Below, in pieces: positions 53,866 through 64,000 of a stretch of DNA of 64,000 nt (position 1 is its first letter; every line of letters begins with the position of its first letter). Below the pieces are notes generated by a model, which was given only the letters and a program-made list of their open reading frames with translations, ran no database searches and was not told the origin of the DNA. The DNA is from an uncultured bacterium. Lineage in GTDB: Bacteria > Patescibacteriota > Patescibacteriia > UBA9570 > XYC2-FULL-38-9. A program made the translations under genes and the position numbers. The DNA lies in contig CALKUP010000001.1 of the NCBI GenBank assembly GCA_937996685.1, forward strand, positions 117,571-181,570, in the 5' to 3' direction.

Positions 53866-53899
53866 CCGCGGAAAACTACATGGTTGACCGCGGTTTTTT
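53866..53899 (+). terminator. Intrinsic terminator after islet H
   Basis: ACCGCGG-loop-CCGCGGT followed by T tract. Confidence 0.75.
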
Positions 53900-53992
53900 C
53901 TTAGTATTAGCCTCTTAAAACAACTGTTTGATTTTTTTCTTGTATCGTGTTATAATCATTCTATTGTGAGGAGTAAAAATAGATATAAAAAA

Positions 53993-56900
53993 ATGCGTTT
54001 TTCTGGAAAATTTTTTACAGCAATTTCAACACTTTTCCTCTCAGTGTTGTTTTTTTCAGCTGTGCCACTGTCCGCGCAAGCCGCAACCTCAACCTTTACA
54101 GTCAATAACGCGAATGATTCAGGAGCTGGCTCACTTCGCCAAGCAATTACAGATTGTAGTGCTCTTGGTGGCAGTGATGATTGTGTTATTTCCTTAGAAA
54201 ATAGCGGCGGAACTCAAACCTTGAATCTTGTTTCAGCATTGCCAGTATTAACTCGTCCAGCAGTATTTTCGAATGCTGGTGTTGATACGGACTTATTAAT
54301 CAATGGAGCATCAGCCTCTGGTAGCTATTGTTTGCGTATTGAAAGTGGCGTCAATGGCTCGGTCCATACAATCGTCGAAGGCTTGGCGTTTACAAGTTGT
54401 CCAACTGCAGCAATTGTGGTGGCGAATGTTTCAACAGATGTCCAAATTGGAAACACAAATTCAGCTTCTGATATTGTCAGTATTTTTAGTGGTTCAAAAG
54501 GTATTAAAGTTGATGGCGATAATGCAGTGATTCAAAACACTGTTTTTGGTGTAAATCTTTCAAACGCAGCAGCTGGTCAATCCGGGAACTCTATTGATGT
54601 GTCTTCATTCGCGAGTAATGTCACAATTGACAGCGTTACGTCAAAAAATGCCACAACACCAAATATCAATATTGACACTGTTTCAACCGTTTCAATTACA
54701 GACAGTCTCATTGCTGACTCAACATCAAACTCTATTCGTTTGTTGAGTGTGACAAACGCGACAATGAGCGGTAATACAATTACAAATGCCGGAGGCGTAT
54801 TTATTTCAGGTGGTAGTTCGTTTGTGATTACAAACAATACAATTACAAATACTTCAACAAATGGGACGTATCGCGCGTTTACATTTGCGGGATCTGTATC
54901 AGACGTGCAATTAGGGGCAGCGTCATCAACAAATATTGCGACTGACGGAAATGTCATGTCTGTTGCGGCTTCTCCGGTAATTTCTGCTGGCGCTGCAATC
55001 CTGACAAACTTTCAAGCAGCATTTAATCTGTCATTTCAATCGAGCAACACAAATTACTTGTCATATGATTCTGGCATGGAGCCATTTACTGTGCCATCAA
55101 GTCTCGTTGCGACAACAACAAGTATCGCTGGTACCGCTGGTGTCAGTTCTGGAACGGTTAGTGCGTATCAAAATGGTGTGTTTGTTGGTTCAAAAGCGTT
55201 GTCTGGAACGTCTTTTACATTTTCAGGAGGTGATTTAAACACGACGCTTACTGGAGGTGCGAATATTGTTGTGTTAGTGCGTAATACATCAGGAACTCCA
55301 ACATCAACATCAACCGTTGTTGCGTTTGATGGCTTGGTGTCTTCGTTTAGTGTGACGCCGTCTGGTACGTCAGCAAACTTTTCTTTCTCATCAACTGAAA
55401 CAATTACACCAAAAGTGTATATCGCAACTTCAGAAGGTGGTCTTTCGGGCGCAACACCAACCAATGGAACTCTTGGAACTAGCCATTCAGTGAATGTGAC
55501 AGGATTGTCTGGCAGCACGTTGTATTACTACCGCCTTGATACTGTCAGTGCCGCAGGCTCACAAACACGAACCGGCGCTCAATCAGGAACCTTTACAACA
55601 AGCTTTTCTGGAGCAATCTCCAGTTTGTCTGTAACGCCAGCTGCAACGTCAGCAAATTTTTCCTTTTCATCTACTGAGACATTAACGCCAAAGATTTACG
55701 TTGCTACATCATTAGGTGGTTTGTCTGGTGCGACACCAGTGAATGGAACTCTTGGAACAACCCATTCTGTAAACGTGACAGGTCTCACTGTTGGTGTGTT
55801 GTATTATTATCGTATTGATGCCGTTGCGTCTGATGGAACAACAACGGTAACCGGTGTGTCGTCGAGTACATTTACAACCGTTGATAATGTTGCTCCTGTA
55901 TTACAGTCCTTTACAACGTCCTCAATTAGTGGTCGATATGGTCCTGGAGCGGTGATTACAATTACAGCGACATATAATGAGACGATTAATGCGTCGTCGA
56001 CAATGCAGATTACGCTCAATAATTCTGGAACAGTAAGCTTGAGTGGGGTTGGTTCAACAGCAACATTAACTGGAACATATACTGTGCCCTCAACAGGAGC
56101 TGGAGGAGGAACAGCAGATTTAACAGTATCGTCAATTAATTCTGAAGGTGTTGTTGATCTTGCTGCGTCTCCAAACACACGGACAAATTCATCTGTTCCA
56201 TCGGGTTCGAATAATATTGGAGGAGCAAAAGATTTGGTTATTGATACAACTGTGCCGACAATTTCTGAAATAACAGCTGTCACAACACCGACAAATGACA
56301 CAACGCCAAATTATGTATTTACAACAAATGAAGCCGGAACAATTGCATTTACGCTCGGCAGTTGTCGCAGTGCAACCACCAGTGCAACCAGTGGAAGTAA
56401 CACGATTACGCTTGATTCAAATGGTTCTGGTGGCGCGCTTGCTGATGGGGCTTACACAAACTGTCGTTTAACAGTGACTGACCTGGTTGATTTTGGTTCA
56501 GGAAATACAAGTGCAGCATTATCTCTGACGTCTTTTACTATTGCAACAACAGCTCCAGCGTTGACTCAATTTGCAACCCTCACTTCCAGTGGTACATATA
56601 CAACCGGTCAAACAATTTTGGTCGGTGCCCAATTTGCGAGAACACTGAACTCGGCATCAACAATGACGGTTCGTTTAACAAACGGTGTTGAAGTTGACTT
56701 GGTCTATAATCCGGCATACGGCGGAAATATTATTGCTGGAAACTATACGATCGGAGACGCGGCTTCTGGAGAAGATGATTCAGATTTGCAAATTGCAAGC
56801 ATTGTTTCATATTCAATTATTGATACACTAGGCAATTCAACAACAACGCCACCGTCAATTGTTGGTATTACGCAGTTAAGAAGTGCAATGAGCGGTCTTG

Positions 56901-59230
56901 CAGTGACTTTGGTTATTGAAACTGGAGCAACTCCTGTGATTGATTCTATTTCTTCAGATGCGGCAAACGGTTCATATCATCCTGGAGATGTGATTGATAT
57001 TGATGTGACATTTTCTGAGCCGGTGACGTCGACAGGTAGTGTCACTGTGACGCTTGAAACGGGAACAACTGATCAAACATGTACATTCACCATCACTGCT
57101 TCTCGAACAGGAACCTGTAATTACACCGTGCAAACAGGTGATACAACTGCTGATTTAGATGCAACGATTTCCGGAACAATCAAGGATCGTGCACTAAATC
57201 TGGTAACAGATTTCACTCCAGGAACAACGCTTGCAGCGAATAAAAATATTGTAATTGATTCAGTGGCACCAACAATCTCTGTCGTAACACCTGTTTCAAC
57301 ACCGACAACAGACAATACACCAAGCTACACATTCACAACGAATGAAGCTGGAACCATTTCCTATGGTGGCGACTGTAGTTCAAGTACAACCTCTGCAAGT
57401 TCTGGTTCAAACATCATTACATTTAATACGCTCGCTGACGGCGCGCATACAAATTGTACGATTACCGTCACTGATGCAATTGGGAATGTATCTAATACAC
57501 TGAGTGTTGCTTCATTCACAATTGATTCAACAGCGCCAACAATTTCTGTCGTGACACCTGTTTCAACGCCGACAACCGATAACACGCCAAACTATACATT
57601 CACAACCAACGAAGCGGGTAGTCTATCATACGGTGGCGATTGCGCATCCAGTGCTGTGTCAGCGTCAGTTGGTTCAAATGCAGTGACGTTTGCGGAACTT
57701 GCTGATGGCGCGCATACAAATTGTACGATTACCGTCACCGACGCTGCTGGCAATGCATCCAATCTATTGAGTGTTGCGTCGTTTACAATTGATGCGACTG
57801 CGCCAGTGATTGTTATTACTGCGCCGACAGTGTCTTCAAATGCAACAATTACAAATACAACGATCCGTGTCACAGATGCGCGTGCATTGAATAGTACTGA
57901 CGTGACTGTTGATGCGGCAACCACTGCTGGACATGACGCGATCGCGTGTACACAAACATCTGGAACGCAAGTGGATTGTACTATTGCAATTACGAGTTCT
58001 GGAAACCTGAAAATTGCTGCGCAAGATGCGCTTGGAAATGTTGCAACTCCTGTGACACAAGCCGGCTATGTGATTGTTGCGACAACTCCGGATACTGATG
58101 ACACGACAGCGCCAGACGCTCCAGTGATTGTTGCGACAAATAATGGAAATACAGCTATTGTGACAGAAGGAGGATCAGTGAAAACAAAAACGCCAACCTT
58201 CCAAGGAACTGCAGAAGCGCTGACAACTGTGATTGTCCGTGATAGCAATAACAATACGCTGTGTACAACCACCGCCGGAACTGACGGTTCTTGGCTCTGC
58301 GCGAGTACAACATCGTTAGTGCTCGGTTCACAAACAGTGAGTGTGACAGCAATGGACGCGGCTGGAAATGTCAGTTCAGCGCGTAGTGTTGCGTTTGTTC
58401 GGTCATCACTATCAGCATCATATACAATCAAGCAAAACTTGATTTCACCAAAAGCCAAGAAAGGGAAGTATCCAACTGTTGCAAAAGGCAAGACAGTAAA
58501 ATATACCGTGAAGATTAAAAATACCGGAGAAGCAACGCTGACAAAATTGAAATTGACACAAACCTATCCAAAGGAAACATTGCAATTCCAAAAACCAAAA
58601 TCAGCCAAAGCGAAAACAACAACTGGCAATCCAACAGTGAGTACAAAAAAAGGCACACTGACATGGAATAACGTGTTAAAAGGCAAACCGCTCAAAGCAA
58701 ATACTACTCGAACAATCACATTGACATATACAGTGAAGAGTATTCCCGCGAAAAAAGCGGCTCGAACGTTGAACGTGTCAACAAAAGGGACAGGTGGGAA
58801 AGATTTGTACAGCGTTACAGCGAAAAATCGTACAACAAAAAACAAGCAATTGAAGGTTCGCACCGCAATGGCTGATATGCGATATCAAATTTTTATCCGC
58901 TCTACACGAGGAGTGAGCGCAATGTTCTCAAATGCCGTGCAGATGATCGATAAAGGCTCAGGTCGGACACAATTGAATTTTGAGGATAGTACAGATAATG
59001 ATTTCAATGACTTCCAAATGACCACGAGCCGCGATGATAACGCGGCTTCTTTTGGATTTACCCCAGAAACATCCGAGGCGCAGGCAGACCACCAAGTCTT
59101 TATTCGTGTGATTGTTGGCTCTTTTGTCAAAGACATTCAAATCTACGATTCTACAAAAACAACCCAAAAAATGGGGAATATTGGCAAAACACAACAGACA
59201 TCAGTCTTGCGCTATCTCGAAGACTATTAA
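53993..59230 (+). CDS. Large secreted Ser/Thr-rich adhesin-like protein
   Basis: Signal peptide (AQA); DSGAGSLRQAI and beta-helix-like region; two FN3-like repeats (offset 279 nt); Ig-like repeats (offset 267 nt); DUF11-like and FED..DNDFND C-terminus. Confidence 0.85.
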   Translation: MRFSGKFFTAISTLFLSVLFFSAVPLSAQAATSTFTVNNANDSGAGSLRQAITDCSALGGSDDCVISLENSGGTQTLNLVSALPVLTRPAVFSNAGVDTDLLINGASASGSYCLRIESGVNGSVHTIVEGLAFTSCPTAAIVVANVSTDVQIGNTNSASDIVSIFSGSKGIKVDGDNAVIQNTVFGVNLSNAAAGQSGNSIDVSSFASNVTIDSVTSKNATTPNINIDTVSTVSITDSLIADSTSNSIRLLSVTNATMSGNTITNAGGVFISGGSSFVITNNTITNTSTNGTYRAFTFAGSVSDVQLGAASSTNIATDGNVMSVAASPVISAGAAILTNFQAAFNLSFQSSNTNYLSYDSGMEPFTVPSSLVATTTSIAGTAGVSSGTVSAYQNGVFVGSKALSGTSFTFSGGDLNTTLTGGANIVVLVRNTSGTPTSTSTVVAFDGLVSSFSVTPSGTSANFSFSSTETITPKVYIATSEGGLSGATPTNGTLGTSHSVNVTGLSGSTLYYYRLDTVSAAGSQTRTGAQSGTFTTSFSGAISSLSVTPAATSANFSFSSTETLTPKIYVATSLGGLSGATPVNGTLGTTHSVNVTGLTVGVLYYYRIDAVASDGTTTVTGVSSSTFTTVDNVAPVLQSFTTSSISGRYGPGAVITITATYNETINASSTMQITLNNSGTVSLSGVGSTATLTGTYTVPSTGAGGGTADLTVSSINSEGVVDLAASPNTRTNSSVPSGSNNIGGAKDLVIDTTVPTISEITAVTTPTNDTTPNYVFTTNEAGTIAFTLGSCRSATTSATSGSNTITLDSNGSGGALADGAYTNCRLTVTDLVDFGSGNTSAALSLTSFTIATTAPALTQFATLTSSGTYTTGQTILVGAQFARTLNSASTMTVRLTNGVEVDLVYNPAYGGNIIAGNYTIGDAASGEDDSDLQIASIVSYSIIDTLGNSTTTPPSIVGITQLRSAMSGLAVTLVIETGATPVIDSISSDAANGSYHPGDVIDIDVTFSEPVTSTGSVTVTLETGTTDQTCTFTITASRTGTCNYTVQTGDTTADLDATISGTIKDRALNLVTDFTPGTTLAANKNIVIDSVAPTISVVTPVSTPTTDNTPSYTFTTNEAGTISYGGDCSSSTTSASSGSNIITFNTLADGAHTNCTITVTDAIGNVSNTLSVASFTIDSTAPTISVVTPVSTPTTDNTPNYTFTTNEAGSLSYGGDCASSAVSASVGSNAVTFAELADGAHTNCTITVTDAAGNASNLLSVASFTIDATAPVIVITAPTVSSNATITNTTIRVTDARALNSTDVTVDAATTAGHDAIACTQTSGTQVDCTIAITSSGNLKIAAQDALGNVATPVTQAGYVIVATTPDTDDTTAPDAPVIVATNNGNTAIVTEGGSVKTKTPTFQGTAEALTTVIVRDSNNNTLCTTTAGTDGSWLCASTTSLVLGSQTVSVTAMDAAGNVSSARSVAFVRSSLSASYTIKQNLISPKAKKGKYPTVAKGKTVKYTVKIKNTGEATLTKLKLTQTYPKETLQFQKPKSAKAKTTTGNPTVSTKKGTLTWNNVLKGKPLKANTTRTITLTYTVKSIPAKKAARTLNVSTKGTGGKDLYSVTAKNRTTKNKQLKVRTAMADMRYQIFIRSTRGVSAMFSNAVQMIDKGSGRTQLNFEDSTDNDFNDFQMTTSRDDNAASFGFTPETSEAQADHQVFIRVIVGSFVKDIQIYDSTKTTQKMGNIGKTQQTSVLRYLEDY

Positions 59231-59282
59231 AACACAGGTCTTTTGACAGATTTTGTGTTATCTGGTAGAGTAGGACTGGTCT

Positions 59283-59507
59283 ATGGCTCAAACCATCCTC
59301 AATATATCTCAAATTATTCTAGCGATTCTGCTGGTCACGAGCATCCTCTTACAAGCAAAAGGAGACGGCTTAGGAAGTGCCTTTGGTGGTACTGGTGCTA
59401 TTATTTCTAAACGTCGTGGACCGGAAAAGGTCATCTTTATTTCAACTATTCTCTTTGCAACAGCGTTTATTGCTGTTTCTGCTGCTCGTTTATTTATTGC
59501 ATCATAA
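59283..59507 (+). CDS. secG: Preprotein translocase subunit SecG
   Basis: ILLQAKGDGLGSAFGG...RRGPEK. Confidence 0.92.
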   Translation: MAQTILNISQIILAILLVTSILLQAKGDGLGSAFGGTGAIISKRRGPEKVIFISTILFATAFIAVSAARLFIAS

Positions 59508-59540
59508 TTCGACCAACCACTTCATTTGAAGTCATTTGTC

Positions 59541-61361
59541 ATGAAACAATCTGTTTTTCAATCATTATCAACTGTCTCACAACGTTTGCGTTCAAACGCA
59601 CCTGTTGATGAGCAACTTGTCTACATGACAAGTCCAAATCGCACGATTCCGTCATGGGGTCAGATGGGGTATTTCTTCCGTTTGCTTTCAATGCGTGAAC
59701 GTATGATTGCGTTTTTCGCGCTGTGTCTCATTGTTGTTGGGATTCCTGTATTGATTGTGCGTGGCTATTTTGCAATGACAATGGTTGTGCCGCAGGTGGG
59801 TGGTTCGTATACAGAAGGTGTCGTTGGTGCTCCGCAGTATATCAATCCGGTATTGTCTCCGCTATCTGATGTTGATTCAGACGTTGCGCAGCTGATTTTT
59901 TCGAGCATTTTTCGATATGACAGCAATCAAACACTGCAACCTGATGTGATTACGAACTACACCATTTCAGACGATAAAAAAACCTACACATTTTTTTTAC
60001 GACGTGATGTGAAATGGCATGACGGGGAAGCGATGACTGCTGATGATGTGTTATTTACCATTGGTTTGATTCAAGATCCGCTGTATCAAAGTCCGTTGCT
60101 TGCGAATTTGAAAGGCGTTACCGCGACAAAGATTGATGATTATTCATTTTCATTAGGCTTGAAAGAACCATTTGCGCCGTTTTTGACAACGCTGACATTT
60201 GGTATTTTGCCAAAACATATCTGGTCTGACGTGACTCCACAAACTATGACGGTTAATGAGGCAAATCTTTTGCCGATTGGAAGTGGCATGTACACAATGA
60301 AACAAGTGAAAAAGGATCGTGATGGTTTGGTGAAATCAATGGAACTCAGTCAGAATGAAGAGTTTTATGGCACAAAGCCGTATCTCAAAACAGTTCAATT
60401 TTCATTTTTTGCTGATGAAGTGACAGCGAGTGCTGCGCTGCAAGATCACAAAGTTGAAGGTTTGGCGTTTTTTCCTGGCACAGATTGGGCGTCGATCAAG
60501 AAAAAAAATCGTGATTTAGAGTTGTATCATTTGCGTATCCCGCAATACACTGCCGCATTTTTTAATCAACAAAAATCCGTTCCATTGCAGGAAGGTGCGG
60601 TTCGTAAAGCTTTGGCGTTTGCATTGAATAAACAGCAGATCGTGCAAGATGTCTTTGCAGGGAATGCGGAAGTGTTGCACACTCCAATTTTGCCAGGGTA
60701 TTTAGGATACAACGCGAGTGTTGGGGAATATGCGCAAAATATTCAAGAAAGTATGAAGCTCTTAGAAGAGGCTGGCTGGAAATACCCAGAAGGTCATGAT
60801 GCATCGTCTGCGGATTTTTTGCCACGTCAAAAAGATGGTAAGTCTCTCGAGCTTTCACTTGTGACTGCAAGTATTCCTGAGTATGAGCAAACGGCAAAAG
60901 AATTAGAAGCAGCCTGGAAAGCGATAGGGGTCAAGGTGAATACTACTGTCGCAAGTACAGAAGATATTCAAGCGTCAACAATCAAAAATCGTGAATACGA
61001 TGTCTTGTTGTTTTCTCAAATCGTTGGGACGGACCCAGATCCGTATCCATATTGGCATAGCTCGCAACAAGAGGCTCCTGGCCTCGGTCTCGCAATTTTC
61101 CGTGATCGTGAAACGGATAAGTTGTTAGAAGCAGCTCGTAAGACCACTTCAGATGACGAACGTCGTGATCAATACATGAAATTTCAAGATGAATTAGCGC
61201 TCGCTGTTCCAGCAATTTTCTTGTACAACTCAACGTATACGTATGCAATAAACGAAAAGATTGACGGCATTAATCCGACACAATATATTACAACCCCTGC
61301 AGATCGTTTTTCTGCGCTGCCACAATGGTACAGCAAGACAGACCGAGTACTGCGAAAATAA
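59541..61361 (+). CDS. Peptide ABC transporter substrate-binding protein (family 5), TM-anchored
   Basis: YTFFLRRDVKWHDGEAMTADDVLFT, PIGSG, DPDPYPYWHSSQ. Confidence 0.88.
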   Translation: MKQSVFQSLSTVSQRLRSNAPVDEQLVYMTSPNRTIPSWGQMGYFFRLLSMRERMIAFFALCLIVVGIPVLIVRGYFAMTMVVPQVGGSYTEGVVGAPQYINPVLSPLSDVDSDVAQLIFSSIFRYDSNQTLQPDVITNYTISDDKKTYTFFLRRDVKWHDGEAMTADDVLFTIGLIQDPLYQSPLLANLKGVTATKIDDYSFSLGLKEPFAPFLTTLTFGILPKHIWSDVTPQTMTVNEANLLPIGSGMYTMKQVKKDRDGLVKSMELSQNEEFYGTKPYLKTVQFSFFADEVTASAALQDHKVEGLAFFPGTDWASIKKKNRDLELYHLRIPQYTAAFFNQQKSVPLQEGAVRKALAFALNKQQIVQDVFAGNAEVLHTPILPGYLGYNASVGEYAQNIQESMKLLEEAGWKYPEGHDASSADFLPRQKDGKSLELSLVTASIPEYEQTAKELEAAWKAIGVKVNTTVASTEDIQASTIKNREYDVLLFSQIVGTDPDPYPYWHSSQQEAPGLGLAIFRDRETDKLLEAARKTTSDDERRDQYMKFQDELALAVPAIFLYNSTYTYAINEKIDGINPTQYITTPADRFSALPQWYSKTDRVLRK

Positions 61362-61451
61362 TTTTTCTTATTTGAGATTTTTTATACCGAGCTTCTTTTG
61401 GAGGAGTGAAGCACGGCTCAAACTACCTGTTATTAATCAATTATTCACATT

Positions 61452-63512
61452 ATGAATACAACACAGAACACACCTGGACAATCACGCTTTAGTCGTGATA
61501 TCCGGAAAAAAACAGACGGTACAGACCGTCAAACAACTCATGTGATGCGCGCCCCAGCTGGCCGCACAAAACCAATTCAACCTGGCGCGCAAGATGCTAT
61601 TTTAGCACCAGCGGCTCGTCCAGCGCGTCCTGCGGGCAGTGCAAACAGTGGCGGAAATCGCGGTGGTCGCCCACAAGGCGGCGGTCGCGGCGGTAATAAC
61701 AATAACCGCAGTGGCGGTCGTGGTCGTCGTCCAAAAGGCGTTGATCAAAACATCGCGCGTAATTGGAAAAAACCAGACGAATACAGTACAACCGGTTTGC
61801 CGCATGCTGCTGGAACTGCAAAAATCATGAAACCAATCCCATCTGACGGCAAAACCAAATTACGAGTGATCGTGGTTGGTGGCGCTGAAGAAGTAGGACG
61901 AAACATGACATTAATCGAATACGGTGAAGATATCATCTTGATCGATTGTGGTTTGCAATTCCCAGAGGAAGAAATGCCAGGAATTGATTATGTCATTCCA
62001 AATGTCTCATACCTCAAAGGTAAAGAAAAAAATATCCGTGGTTTAATTATCACTCATGGTCATTATGATCATATTGGTGCGATTCCGCATCTGATGCCAG
62101 TGTTGCATAACCCACCAATTTTCTCAGCGCCGTTGTCACTTGGATTGATTGCAAAACGCCAAGACGATTTCTCTCATTTGCCAAAACTTGATTTACGCCA
62201 AATTGATATTGATGGTCAATTAAAGCTCGGTCAATTGATCGTTGAATTTGTTCGCATCAATCACAGTATCCCTGATTCACTTGCGATCGTGGTTCGAACT
62301 CCAGAAGGCACAGTGTTGCATACTGGCGATTTCAAATTCGATTTGCAGCCAATTGGTGATCAAGTCACAGACTTTGCAAAATTGTCTCGTTTAGGACAAG
62401 AAGGTATTTTAGCGTTACTTGGTGATTCAACAAATGCCAGTAAACCAGGACAACAAGTATCAGAAAGTACAATCGGACAAAACATTGAAGACATTATGTC
62501 AAAAGCGAAGGGCCGCATTATTGTGGGAACATTCGCGTCTTCTTTAAACCGTGTGCAGCAGTTGCTGTGGAGTGCGGAAAAACTTGGTCGCAAGGTTGTG
62601 CTTGAAGGATTTTCAATGAAAACAAACGTTGAAATTGCGAAACAACTTGGCTATTTGACAGTTGATAACAGTACAATTATTAAAGCAGAAGATGCAGAGC
62701 GTCTACCGCCAGAAAAATTGTTGATTGTTGGAACTGGTGCGCAAGGTGAAGAAAACGCTTCAATGATGCGTATCGCGCAAGGGGAACATCGATTCTTCAA
62801 AGTCCATGCTGGTGATATGGTGATTTTCAGTTCATCAGTCGTCCCTGGAAATGAACGCAGTGTTCAATCATTGAAAGATCTCTTGATTCGCCAAGGTGCG
62901 ACAGTGATTCATTATCAAATGATGGATGTCCATGCTGGTGGTCACGCGCAAAAAGAAGACATTAAATTGTTATTGCGCATGGTGAATCCGACATATTATA
63001 TTCCAGTTGAAGGTAACTTGCATTTATTGCATGACAATGGATTAGTGGCTCGTGAATTGGGCTGGGGTGAAGACAAAGTCTTTATCACAAGTAACGGACA
63101 AGTGATGGAATTCTTGAACGGTGAAGGCCGTCTCACAGATGAAAAAATTGTCGCTGACTATGTCTTTGTCGATGGTTTGGGTGTCGGTGATATTTCTGAG
63201 GTCGTATTGCGAGACCGTCAATTACTATCTGAAGATGGTATGTTAGTTGTCATTGTGACACTTGATGCGCATAACGGAAAAGTGATTGGTGAACCAGATA
63301 TCATCTCACGTGGATTCGTTTATTCAAAAAACAGTACAGCGTTGATTGAAGATGCGAAAAAGAAAGTGGTTGATATTGTCTCTCCACATTTGAAAGACGA
63401 AACACCAAACTCTGCATATATCAAAAATAAATTACGCGATGATCTCGGTCAGTTCTTGTTCGAAAGAACAGAGCGCAAGCCGATGATCCTTCCAGTGATC
63501 GTAGAAGTATAA
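61452..63512 (+). CDS. rnj: Ribonuclease J
   Basis: THGHYDHIGA, HTGDFK, DSTNA, GAQGE; RG-rich N-terminal extension. Confidence 0.96.
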   Translation: MNTTQNTPGQSRFSRDIRKKTDGTDRQTTHVMRAPAGRTKPIQPGAQDAILAPAARPARPAGSANSGGNRGGRPQGGGRGGNNNNRSGGRGRRPKGVDQNIARNWKKPDEYSTTGLPHAAGTAKIMKPIPSDGKTKLRVIVVGGAEEVGRNMTLIEYGEDIILIDCGLQFPEEEMPGIDYVIPNVSYLKGKEKNIRGLIITHGHYDHIGAIPHLMPVLHNPPIFSAPLSLGLIAKRQDDFSHLPKLDLRQIDIDGQLKLGQLIVEFVRINHSIPDSLAIVVRTPEGTVLHTGDFKFDLQPIGDQVTDFAKLSRLGQEGILALLGDSTNASKPGQQVSESTIGQNIEDIMSKAKGRIIVGTFASSLNRVQQLLWSAEKLGRKVVLEGFSMKTNVEIAKQLGYLTVDNSTIIKAEDAERLPPEKLLIVGTGAQGEENASMMRIAQGEHRFFKVHAGDMVIFSSSVVPGNERSVQSLKDLLIRQGATVIHYQMMDVHAGGHAQKEDIKLLLRMVNPTYYIPVEGNLHLLHDNGLVARELGWGEDKVFITSNGQVMEFLNGEGRLTDEKIVADYVFVDGLGVGDISEVVLRDRQLLSEDGMLVVIVTLDAHNGKVIGEPDIISRGFVYSKNSTALIEDAKKKVVDIVSPHLKDETPNSAYIKNKLRDDLGQFLFERTERKPMILPVIVEV

Positions 63513-63519
63513 AAACAGA

Positions 63520-63556
63520 CAAAAAGACCCATCGACTTGCTTCCTTGGGTCTTTTT
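63520..63556 (+). terminator. Intrinsic terminator after rnj
   Basis: AAAAAGACCCA-loop-TGGGTCTTTTT. Confidence 0.75.
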
Positions 63557-63569
63557 CGACATACTATAG

Positions 63570-64000
<431 letters not shown>

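Noticed and set aside
61452-61860. RG-rich N-terminus of RNase J and acidic tracts of FtsK as novel domains
   Set aside because: Low-complexity extensions are common in these families.

Overview
AT-leaning (about 40-45% GC by eye) bacterial chromosome segment, most consistent with a Patescibacteria/CPR (Parcubacteria-like) genome. The assignment is inferred from the gene set, the ftsK-HTH-recA and secG-oppA-rnj-trpS clusters, short UvrC/PcrA, and SD-less starts. Housekeeping backbone: rpoB, rpoC, guaB/guaA, ftsK, recA, groES/groEL (with CIRCE), uvrA, uvrC, pcrA, secG, rnj, partial trpS. The most striking signal is a dispersed class of eight GC-rich, GC3-biased gene islets, all on the + strand (<1-455, 694-1074, 13621-14025, 19423-19806, 29101-29315, 37600-38184, 40661-41188, 52012-53835). 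All seven whose starts are visible carry a GGAG(G) Shine-Dalgarno, which the housekeeping genes lack. Six have a 5' hairpin followed directly by a boxA-like motif (TGYHCHTTK), and most end in multi-hairpin trailers. Three encode myxobacterial-style secreted or lipoprotein products. Two sit in a duplicated [cargo - ECF sigma - anti-sigma] module with a shared ACGTA-N14-TCGTT promoter candidate. Working hypothesis (inference): transcripts built for rRNA-like antitermination and for translation by a different, high-GC (host) ribosome. Also seen: a DnaA-box cluster and structured leader before rpoB, TTCGG-N6-TTCGG repeats before recA and pcrA, and a duplicated structured 77-nt element. GC values, folds and family assignments are by eye; no searches were run.
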